In this document: positions 51,093 to 61,885 of the stretch, piece by piece
How the letters are laid out: every line of letters starts with the position of its first letter
Position numbering within the stretch: the stretch's first letter is position 1
Assembly (NCBI GenBank): GCA_965644265.1
Contig: OZ286473.1
Coordinates: 85,746,001 to 85,810,000 of the forward strand
DNA from: Glycera tridactyla
Lineage: Eukaryota
Reading direction: 5' to 3'
Length of the DNA stretch: 64,000 nucleotides
Notes under the pieces: generated by a model
Database searches by the model: none
Told to the model about the DNA's origin: nothing
Seen by the model: only the letters and a program-made list of their open reading frames with translations
Position numbers and translations under genes: made by a program

Positions 51093-51253
51093 CTGTAGTT
51101 TCCCACAGAACTGTGGGGAATGTGGCCGAATTCGCGTCATCCCCGGCGAGCCAGGCGACGTTATCGTCACGCTAGGACGCTTCAACCGACCAACGTCGGT
51201 TCCCCGCGTCTGGTGACGGTAACCACCAATACCCATCATCCGTTTCTCGCCCG
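51093..51253 (-). CDS. RIMS: RIM exon, linker before C2A (GEKRMM...RPSVTITSPGSPGMTRIRPHSPQFCGKLQ)
   Basis: TTTCGTTGTTTCAG acceptor and CAG|GTAGGC donor; 161 nt, phase 1-0. Resembles vertebrate RPSISVTSPMSP...QFLSGQL. Too short for the ORF track. Confidence 0.93.
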
Positions 51254-52411
51254 CTGAAACAACGAAACAAAAAATATCCTCAATAATTATTCATATCACA
51301 GGGATGAAAGTCACCATCATGGAAAATATCTGCAACCAATTTTCAACCCTAATTTCTGTTATGATCAAAATATCTGAAATGTGAAAACTTTCATCACTGA
51401 CAGCTATGATGTTGCATGAACTAAATTGATGCCAAGTACCAATGGCAACACAGTTACTGATTTCAAAGTCTGGATGTGTTCAAAAAAGGAAACAAATGCT
51501 TGACAAAGCAATAAATCACAATTGAAGGTAACAGCGCCGATCTTGTTAAACCAGTCTCAGAATCTTCCTAATAATATCAATCCATCATCTCTCTATGACC
51601 AGTAACCCTTGTGAGACCACTTGTTTTGGAGAACCATCCATGTATCTTGATTATCTGAATATTCCAGTAGGAAGAACAACAGTTCTCATAAGTTAACTCA
51701 TTGATGATTGTCATGAATAACAACATTCTAATTTAGCACAATATATCTTCTCCGGCATGGTATTCATTTACATTCCTTCTCATAAAATGAAGAATCCCAA
51801 GGCGGATCATCTTCCCAAGGATTACAGTGCAGAGTTTCTCCCAATTTACTCTGAAGCCAACCACAGGTTCACCAAGTGATCCGTACCATATGTAGACTAC
51901 ATGCAAAACTAACTTATGTCTAATGTCACATGATAGATCTCCCTCGAAAGTTTGGTTATGTGTCACGTGAAAGTTCTCCTCGCAAGGATTTTGAGTATTT
52001 CCAAGCAGACGGTGTTGTAAGAGTGCAAGTTTTTCCCGCAAAGTGAGCGTTGTTCCAAGTGCAAGTTCCCATTGAGAAAGTTGTTGTACATGATCTCCCA
52101 GGCTACATCCCAAGCAGCATGACCTTTGATAGTATCTGTATGACCTTCATTAGTGTCAGGATGTTAGGTCAAGGAAAGAGAGAAGCACAAACATCATGTT
52201 CTCAAATTATGAAAACAAATCCGTGCAATACTGAAAACAATTCTTAATAACTATGATTATGTACAAAATGCTAGTAATAACACAAACTTAACATAACATA
52301 GTGCAAAAACATTTAACTGTATACAATAAGTCATAACAAAGTAAGGCGGCTTGTGATACAATAACTTTACATCTCTTTATTCTTGGCACTTCTGATCCAT
52401 GACAGTTATAC

Positions 52412-52543
52412 TGTTTATTTGTTTGTTTGTTTGTTTGACGTTCAACGACATGTATCAACCCACAGGATTATGTATGCCGGGTGTTTCTGGTTAATGAAAG
52501 CTAGATGTTCTCTCCCCTGCAGACATCACTCTCACAAACCCTG
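52412..52543 (-). mobile_element. 5'-truncated SINE-like family A copy with 13-bp target-site duplication
   Basis: Flanked by ATGACAGTTATAC (52399-52411) and ATGACTGTTATAC (52544-52556), 12/13 identical; (TTTG)n tail. Confidence 0.85.
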
Positions 52544-52641
52544 ATGACTGTTATACACATGTTTTATGATAATAGTATTTCAAGGAAATTACCTCAGCGA
52601 GAACATTCAAGTTGGGAGATCTAATATCAGAAGTGGGAAGA

Positions 52642-53255
52642 GTTTGGTTTGGTTTGGTTGAGGTTCTACAGTATGTATCGATCCAGAGGATTATGTATGT
52701 CCTGTGCTCCTGGTTGATGGGAGCTAGATGCCCCCACCCTACAGGCATAAATCTTGGTCAATGAAAGCCAGTCGTTCTCTCCCCTGCAGGCATCACTCTC
52801 ACAAACTCTGAATGCAAGATGAAAGGGAATCTGAGAGGCTATCAAGTGGAAGTTGATAACAGTTCAGGCACACCACTACCTATCCAACATCAACATAATC
52901 AACCTCAAGATGGTGTATGTAACAATGAAGTGGAAAGTGACTCACCATACATACGGTATAATTTCCAGGAGACCAATTTTAAATCCAAACTGTACGTTTT
53001 CATTATTGCTTGATTCTGACACAAACCCTCATCCTCCTGACTGACTGAAGAGCATCCCAGCTGTTACAGTCTTATGATGGCATCCATGAAGTATGGGGGT
53101 TCTACTTGCTGAAGCAGCGGAGATGAGATATAGGGGCTTCCACGATGGTGTACGATTTGTTTGTTTGAGGTTTAACAGCATGATGATGGGGATCCTGAAA
53201 TGTTGTCAAGTGGATGTAGCTGACAGTTCAGACACACCTCTACCTACTCAAAACA
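52642..53255 (-). mobile_element. Two further degenerate family A copies (52642-52895; 53155-53255 with an internal deletion)
   Basis: Recognisable family A motifs and TTTG/TTTGG tails. Confidence 0.7.
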
Positions 53256-53499
53256 TAATAAATGATGATCGGGTTGATTGAGAGTTTTGTTTAAGTCCTC
53301 TCGACACCACATGGGTCACTTTGTAGCGAAGGGAAATGAACAATGTACCCCCCGGACTGAATTTGTCAGACTTTGAATAAGTGTTCCAACCAATTTTTGA
53401 TCAGTCCAAGCACAAGCATAAATCAATCATCCGTCTTTGGGAATGCAAGCTAGACAGAGTAGCTGCTATGGGTTAATTGGGACTAGTTATGGATAAGAT

Positions 53500-54880
53500 A
53501 GGTGCATCCATTGGCTGTTAATAAGGAGAGGCAATTGCTGGTGACAATGGAATAGTAATCTTGATTGGGCAATTCCTAATTGTTAATACTGTTATTTTCA
53601 AACAATTCAAGTCACACTCTCCACCATGACTATGCATCCACCACTTGACAAACTCATTCATATCATCAGTCAATTGACATTCCAAGCATGAGAAGGCATC
53701 AATCATTGGTTATTAGTAATACAAGCAAGAGAGGGGATTCCTGATTGGCTGTTGTTACTTATGGCGAATAAGACAGATGCATTCATTGGCTGACTGTTAC
53801 GGATGGTGGATAAGACAGATGCATTCATTGGCTGATTGTTACAGATGGTGGATAAGACAGATGCATTCATTGGCCGATTGTCACTCACCGGTGCATTCAT
53901 TGGCTGATTGTCATTGATGGGGATAAGAGAGAAACTTTCATTGGCTGGTTGTTACTGATGGTGTATGAGACAGATGCATACATTGGGTGATTGTTACTGA
54001 TGGTGGATAAGACAGATGCATTCATTGGCTGATTGTCACTGATGGGGATAAGACAGATACTTCCATTGGCTGATTGTTACTAATGATTGGAAAGACAGGC
54101 CCATGGATTGGCTGATTGATACTTATGGTGTATAAGACAGATGCATTCATTGGCTGATTGTCACTGATGGGATAAGACAGATACTTCCATTGGCTGATTG
54201 TTACTGATGATTGGAAAGACAGGCCCATGGATTGGCTGATTGATACTTATGGTGTATAAGACAGATGCATCCATTGACTGATTGTTACTGATGGTGGAAA
54301 AGCCAGATGCATCCATCGGCTGATTGTTACTGATGATGGGAAAAAACAGGCCCATGGATTGGCTGATTGATACTTATGGTGTATAAGACAGACGCATCCA
54401 TTGGCTGATGGTTACTGGTGGAGAATAAAACAGGTGCATCCATTGGTTGTTAATATGGAGAGAGGTAATTGGCCAAAGGTATTGCTGACTACAAAATGGC
54501 AATGGTGATTGGGCAATCCATAATTGTTAATACTGTTATTGTCAAGAATTTGTCAAGTCATGCTCTCCAAAATGCCCGCCACGACTACATATTCACAACT
54601 TGACAGACTTTAAATATCTGTATCATTAGTCATTGCTCACTCCAAGCTTGAGAAAGCGTCAATCAATGGTCATTAATAATACGAGCAAGAGGAGGGATTT
54701 GCCATCGGTTGATTGTTACTGATGGTGAATAATACAGGCACACCCATTGGATGTTAATAAGAAGGGAGGCAATTGGCCATAGGTGTAGGTGACTACAAAA
54801 GCAATGGTGATTGGGCAATTCCCCAATTGTTAATATTGGTATTGTCAAGCATTTCAAGTTGCACTCTCTTAACTGCATGG
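53500..54880. repeat. Composite repeat: 42-bp ATTGGCTGATTG-containing array (53700-54450) within ~230-bp diverged duplicated flanks
   Basis: Unit CATTGGCTGATTGTTACTGATGGTGGATAAGACAGATGCATT; the flank block recurs at ~53500, ~54430 and ~54740. Confidence 0.88.
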
Positions 54881-55587
54881 CATGGCTATGCATTCATCAC
54901 TTACCACAACTACTTTAAATATAATTGCAACATAAAATGCAATTCTCCAAACTGAAATAAAACAGTATTATTGTAAGTAATAATGTGATAAATTTGTGCC
55001 TGTTATAGATTGTTAAAATCCACAGAAGATGAATCTAATACCTTCTCACAAAATGTTCATAATACACCCTACACCTTTCCATTCATCGTTAAATATCTTC
55101 TTCGATCCAGAAGATATATTTTGTGAGACCTTCACTTGGATATCTACTATTTTACCAATGAAATCATGAAATATCTTTCCATGTTGGAGATCCCAGGTTC
55201 AAATCCACAAGAAATGGGTTGATTTCTGAAAGTGTAATTTGTACCTTTCAATTGGTGTATCATGAAACACAGTTTCAACAAAATATATCATTTCGCTCAG
55301 CATTTTTATGCTGAATTAAAGAGTCCTGAATGCGAAGTTCAAAATAACATACAATTATGTCTGGTGACCATAATGCTTCAGGGTTTTGATTGAGAATTTG
55401 GTAACTTGATCAATATGTTAGCCTGATGAAGGGAAGCCAAGTGATATGCTCTGGTGGAAAGTGGTGAGATGATTTACTGAGATATTGACATCCAATTAAT
55501 CAAATTAAATATAATTTCAAAAGTTGATATTGTGTCAAACTTGAACTTCAATGTCTTGAACATGACAGCTCATACTTGTGTGCACTA

Positions 55588-55808
55588 TTGTGCTCTACAT
55601 TAACTTTTTCTTCGGCTGTCCTTCGGGCAGATGAAGTGTGAATTTTACCTGCCCTCCCTTTCATGTTCACCTACCCTCCTGCATATATTGATAGCATGCA
55701 TTATGGTGGAGTACCTGCCAATAGGGTAGGCAGACTGATATAATCGCCTGCCCGAGCAAAAAATCTGCCTGCCTGTGCCAGTAGGGCAACCATTAGCACA
55801 GAACCCTG
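55588..55808 (-). mobile_element. Inverted second copy of the 37431-37646 element
   Basis: Its reverse complement aligns along the whole length (ACTGGCACAGGCAGGCAGATT, ATATGCAGGAGGG, AGGGAGGGCAGGT, GAAGGACAGC.GAAG). Confidence 0.78.
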
Positions 55809-56608
55809 CTATTCAGGCTACAGCCAAGCACAAGAAACAAATGACATAAAGGTCTTTGATTATTTCAGTTACGGAAAGATATTGTCACCACGACTTCTAT
55901 CAGAAGTTATAATCAGTTCCATCAACCAATACAATTGATATTACATATACATGTATTTGCATCGTCGATAAGGATTTTATATGGATTTGTTGTGTTTTGG
56001 TTGGTTCATACATGAATTGTACCTCAGAAAGTGGAATGAAAGTATTCAAAAAGCTAGATTTCCTGCCTGTCCAGGGATGGCTGAAAGCATGAGAAAAGGC
56101 TTGGCCAGGATTGGCAATTTTGCCAATGTGCTGTGCGGTGTCAGGAGTGGCATGGTCATCACTTGCTCCCACCTAGAACCCAAATGTAGCGATTCACCCG
56201 TCCATGGACAGGCGGGAACGGGTGGCAGAAATGAAGCTATTGAATGGAAGTGGGTTTTGAATCTAGTTATTGATATTACCTAGTGAGAATTGCAATTCAT
56301 ATCTTGTAATGAGCATCAAAGTGGCAGCAACATGTATACAGCACATTTGCATATATATGCTAGACAAGAATACTGCGATGAAAGCATGTATTTATTGTAT
56401 ACAATTGCTAGACCATCAGTACTGAGAATGTCCCCCCTCAAACCCAACAACATATCTTAAAACTTCATTGTGCAGTGATGCCGATGAAAAGAAGCTTATT
56501 CTTTGGAAATATATTCTGATTTTTACAACCACCCCACATATATTCTCAGAAGTGTCTTTTCTGAAAATTGGCATCAAGATTGTGAAACACCATCGAAAAA
56601 GCATAGGT

Positions 56609-57010
56609 AACTAGATGCACTCAGTGAGTGCTGATGCCCCGCTGAGTGCATGCTTGTCACAGGAAGATTGAATGAGAGAAGTGAAATAGAGCAAAACTAA
56701 TACCTTTCACACTCAATGACCTTGAAATTCAAGATGACCAACCAAAAAGCCATAGCTTTAGAGAGTCTGTACACCAAGTTTGAGAAGGCTAGCCCTGCAA
56801 CTTTTGAAGTTATTGTCCGGGAACCGTTTTGACCTTTTTGACCCAAAATTGATAGGTGTCATACCAGAATCTAGGAAAGTCTGTACACAGAATTTAAAAA
56901 GGCTACCCCTGACACTTTTGAAGTTATTGGTCAGAAATCATTTTGACCTTTTTGCACTCAGTGACTTGAAATTCAAGATGGCCGCCCCAAAATCAATAGG
57001 TGGTCAGAAA
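56609..57010 (+). mobile_element. HINE-like (Helentron-associated) non-autonomous element, 5' part
   Basis: AACTAGA start followed by the perfect palindrome GCACTCA-G-TGAGTGC (56617-56631) and internal TGACCTT repeats. Family assignment is from recalled structure only. Confidence 0.4.
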
Positions 57011-57383
57011 CCATCATTCAAACCTCAACAGAATATCAAAGCTCTTCTCAGTCCCGAGAAGACCTCAGTGGAATGTCTAAGGTCTTCATGGTTACACTAA
57101 TAGAACATAGAGGGAATGTCCATTGTTTTCATGGTCCCACTAAAACCTCGATAGAATGTCCAAGGTCTTCTAGGGCCCCACTGAAACCTTAATGGAATGT
57201 CCCAAGGTTTCCATGGTCCCATTGGAACCTCAAGGGAATATCTAATTTCTTCATGGTCCCACAAAAATGTCAATGGAATGTCTAAGGTCTTTGTGATGAG
57301 ACGACCATCAAGGGAATATCCAAGGCTTTCATGGCCCCACTATAACCTCCCTGGAATGTCCAAGGTCCAAGGAATGGTCCACA

Positions 57384-57472
57384 TAGCTCAGGGTGTAAGT
57401 CAGCTTGCTCCTCCACAGGCTAGGCGGTTGGTGCCATGCAGGAGATCCCGGGTTCAATTCCACAAGAAATGG
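57384..57472 (+). mobile_element. tRNA-derived Pol III promoter (SINE head); partial second copy at 55179-55217
   Basis: A-box-like TAGCTCAGGGTG (57384) and B-box GGTTCAATTCC (57451-57461). The second copy shares GGAGATCCC.GGTTCAA.TCCACAAGAAATGG. No cloverleaf or acceptor stem. Confidence 0.55.
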
Positions 57473-57699
57473 AATAATTTTCTTAAATATTTGCACATTT
57501 CAATGCTGTACATAGTTTCATCTATGTCTAAGGTCCTTCTAGCCCCACTGAAACCTCAATGGAATGTCAAAGGCTTTCATGGATCCAAGGTCTTTATGAT
57601 CCAATAGAACAACAGATCTAATAGAACAACAAAGGTATGTCCTTGGTCTCTATGGTCCGGCTAATAGAACAACAAGGGTATGTCCTTGGTCTCTATGGT

Positions 57700-59110
57700 C
57701 CGGCTAACAGAACATCAATGGAATGCCAAGGGTCTTCATGGTCCAACTAATAGAACATCAATGGAATGCCAAGGGTCTTCATGGTCCAACTAATAGAACA
57801 TCAATGGAATGTCCAAGGGTATTCATGGTCCAACTAATAGAACATCAAGGGAATGCCAAGGGTCTTCATGGTCCAACTAATAGAACATCAAGGGAATGCC
57901 AAGGGTCTTCATGGTCCAACTAATAGAACATCAAGGGAATGCCAAGGGTCTTCATGGTCCAACTAATAGAACATCAAGGGAATGCCAAGGGTCTTCATGG
58001 TTCAACTAATAGAACATCAAGGGAATGCCAAGGGTCTTCATGGTCCAACTAATAGAACATCAAGGGAATGCCAAGGGTCTTCATGGTCCAACTAATAGAA
58101 CATCAAGGGAATGCCAAGGGTCTTCATGGTCCAACTAATAGAACATCAAGGGAATGCCAAGGGTCTTCATGGTCCAACTAATAGAACATCAAGGGAATGC
58201 CAAGGGTCTTCATGGTCCAACTAATAGAACATCAAGGGAATGCCAAGGGTCTTCATGGTCCAACTAACAGAACATCAAGGGAATGCCAAGGGTCTTCATG
58301 GTCCAACTAATAGAACATCAAGGGAATGCCAAGGGTCTTCATGGTCCAACTAATAGAACATCAAGGGAATGCCAAGGGTCTTCATGGTCCAACTAATAGA
58401 ACATCAAGGGAATGCCAAGGGTCTTCATGGTCCAACTAATAGAACATCAAGGGAATGCCAAGGGTCTTCATGGTCCAACTAATAGAACATCAAGGGAATG
58501 CCAAGGGTCTCCATGGTCCAACTAATAGAACATCAAGGGAATGCCAAGGGTCTTCATGGTCCAACTAATAGAACATCAAGGGAATGCCAAGGGTCTTCAT
58601 GGTCCAACTAATAGAACATCAAGGGAATGCCAAGGGTCTTCATGGTCCAACTAATAGAACATCAAGGGAATGCCAAGGGTCTTCATGGTCCAACTAATAG
58701 AACATCAAGGGAATGCCAAGGGTCTTCATGGTCCAACTAATAGAACATCAAGGGAATGCCAAGGGTCTTCATGGTCCAACTAATAGAACATCAATGGAAT
58801 GTCCAAGGGTCTTCATGGTCCAACTAATAGAACATCAAGGGAATGCCAAGGGTCTTCATGGTCCAACTAATAGAACATCAAGGGAATGTCCAAGGGTCTT
58901 CATGGTCCAACTAATAGAACATCAAGGGAATGTCCAAGGGTCTTCATGGTCCAACTAATAGAACATCAATGGAATGTCCAAGGGTCTTCATGGTCCAACT
59001 AATAGAACATCAAGGGAATGTCCAAGGGTCTTCATGGTCCAACTAATAGAACATCAAGGGAATGTCCAAGGGTCTTCATGGTTAGACTAATAGAACATCC
59101 AGGGAATGTT
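57700..59110. repeat. 43/44-bp satellite core (AATAGAACATCAAGGGAATGCCAAGGGTCTTCATGGTCCAACT), about 32 units
   Basis: Near-perfect tandem array; period measured 57841 to 57884. Confidence 0.98.
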
Positions 59111-61250
59111 CAAGGTCTTCAAGGTCTGACTAACAGAACATCCAGGGAATATTCAAGGTGTTTATTGTCATATGATCACATCAAGAGAATGTCCAAGATT
59201 TCTCTGGCTCACTTAAACCTCAACAAAATGTCTAAGGTTCCCATGGTTCCACTGAAGTTTGGAATCTGAAAGCCTCATGGATATGTCCAAGTACCGATGC
59301 TTCCACTAAAACCTCAAGGTGAATGGCCAAGGTTTAATTGGAAATGTCCATGGTCTCCACAGTCCTGCTAAAACCTCAACAAAATGTAGGTTTCCATGGC
59401 CCTGCTAAAACCTTGAAGAAATGTCAAAGGTTCCAGAGTCTCACAAAAAGCTCAAGGGAATGTCGGAAGGTCATGGCGATCCAACTAATAGAACATCAAA
59501 GGAATGTCCAAGGTCAAGGCGGTCCGACAAATAGAACATCAAAGGAAGGCCAAGGTCACTGCGGTCCGACTAATAGAACATCAAAGGAATGTCCAAGGTC
59601 AAGGCGGTCCGACTAATAGAACATCAAAGGAATGTCCAAGGTCAAGGCGGTCCGACTAATAGAACATCAAAAGAATGTCCAAGGTCAAGGCGGTCCGACT
59701 AATAGAACATCAAAGGAATGTCCAAGGTCAAGGTGGTCCGACTAATAGAACATCAAGAGAATGTCCAAGGTTTCCACTGTCCCACTGAAACCTCAACAAC
59801 ATGTCCAAGATTTCCATGGTTCCGCTGAAGTCTCAATGGAATGTAAAACCTTGTGGATATGTCCAACTTTCCACGGTTCCGCTAAAATCTCAAGGGAATT
59901 GCCAAGGTCCAGTTGGTCCACTAAAACCTTAAAGAAATGCTCATGCTCTTTGTGGTCACATTGAAATCTCAAGGGAATATTCGAGCTATCCACAGTTCAA
60001 CTAACCACATGGGAATGTCCAACTTTCCGCGAACCCCAAAGGAATGGTTAAGGTTTTGTTGGCTCTACTCAAACCTCATGAGAAAGCTGAGGGTTTCCAT
60101 GGTGCTGGTAAAACCGTAATGATATGTAGGCTTCCATGGCTCTGCTGATACCTAGAGAAAAGGTCCGAAAGTTTCCAGGGTCCCACTAAAAGCTCAAGGG
60201 AATGTCCAAGGTCTTCATGGTCTTACCAAAACCTCACCAGATTTCATGGTCCCATTGAAATTTCAAGGAAATGTCCAAGGTCTTCATGGTCCCAATGAAA
60301 CTTTGAAAAGTTTGAATATAGAAATCAGCAGGCTCTGGCCTCTTAATACACACTACATTGAATGGCGGCAGGTTTTCCATTTGTCTCTAATATAATCCCT
60401 ATGTAAATCATCAGAGAAAAAAAATGACAATCACAAGTTCAAACTGCAAGTCAGGATGATACTCCAAGGATGTCATCTATACATCTAATTCTATACCTGA
60501 CCTCAACTCAGACTGAGGCTAGCACAAGCTTCTCAATATATACTGAGAACTCATCTTATCATGTGATCAAGATCCAAAGACTCGGTAAAAGAGAATCTCG
60601 CATAAAATCACGTAATTTAGGCTCACATTTAAGCGCATAAAATTTGACATATTTGACGTATTTCTAAACCTTCATTTTTAGGAAAAAGTATGTGATAAAG
60701 GAGGAGTAGCACACATGACTGCACATAATGATGATCCATGATGCAATCCTGATTTCCGGCTGCATATCTTTCACAATCACCCATTACAAGTCAGCAAGAG
60801 ATTCAACTCAGTCATCAGGTATGCCAAACGCTAAAATTTTGGTATTGTGATGACGGGTTTCATGTTTCTTTGTTAAAATGTCATTATTCCCTCAAAATCA
60901 ATCATCGAATATATATGTACAGCTAATTTACAAATGTTTGGCATTATCTACCCACTCAAGATTGGGTTCATAGTGCATAGAGATAGATCAGCATGTTATG
61001 GTTGTCACAAGGTCGCATGGTGCGATGGGTATTTTCTCAGATTCAATTCCAAATAGATGCACACAGCACTGCTTATGCCTTCATGCCCTACGCATTTATT
61101 CTGTTATATAAGATGTTGGCTGCTTTATGAGACCATTATGAGCTCAAAAGAAGGGTGGTGTTTATGGATATGGACAACTGTAATCAATTCTGAGAAGATA
61201 GATGAATTGCTCACAGTCCCAGGAGCATATCAAAGGAATTATATGCAGTA

Positions 61251-61427
61251 CAGTGAAACCTGTCTTGGGAGACCCCTCTTTAGGAAGACCATCCTCTAAT
61301 GGGATACCGCTCTTAATCGGTTCTTCTCTATTTGACATAGTCAAATATACCTCCAATGAGAGACCACCTGTCTTGAGAGACCACTTTTTGTTGGTGTTCG
61401 GGCGGTCTCCCTAGACAGGTTTTACTG
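61251..61427. mobile_element. Tc1/mariner-type MITE, followed directly by an older copy (~61430-61605)
   Basis: TA|CAGTGAAACCTGTCT...AGACAGGTTTTACTG|TA with long TIRs. Confidence 0.9.
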
Positions 61428-61885
61428 TATAATGAAACCTGAGGAGAGTTCCCTATCAAGACCACCTTTGATGAAGGACCATTTCCATTGCAGAGAGGCT
61501 CTCTTATTTGACACTGTCAAATATACTCCTGATAAAAGACCACTGATTTTGGAATAATCATTCTTGGTGACATCAAATACAGGTCTCTTGTCTCAGGTAT
61601 CACTGTATTTGATTAGACCTGCAATGAAGGATCCCTCAAAAATCACCTGCAATAGCAGGCACCCTTCCCTCATTCTTGCCTTCCATTCGAAGCCTTTTGA
61701 CCCTTTAATGATGATTACTATGCAACTGGTTATATGTTCTCTGAGATCACTCCATGGCATTATTCACAGTGGTCTTCAATGATACGTTCTGCAGAACAGA
61801 TAAGTTTGTGTTAGTGCAAAGACAGTGAACTGGTTATGTCAACAACTTAAGGTAAAGTTACGTTGACATGCAGCTTTTGACCTAC

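Larger units (their letters stand above)
57040..60300. repeat. Degenerate flanks of the 43-bp satellite, including a variant sub-array at ~59480-59765
   Basis: Recurring GGAATGTCCAAGG...CATGGTCC motifs at similar spacing on both sides of the core. Confidence 0.85.

Noticed and set aside
55179-57472. Intact tRNA gene at the B-box sites
   Set aside because: No acceptor stem or cloverleaf; the shared downstream CACAAGAAATGG indicates a SINE head.
57197-60119. Multiple repetitive ORFs (MPRVFMVQLIEH...)
   Set aside because: Frames of the 43/44-bp satellite; the unit length is not a multiple of 3.
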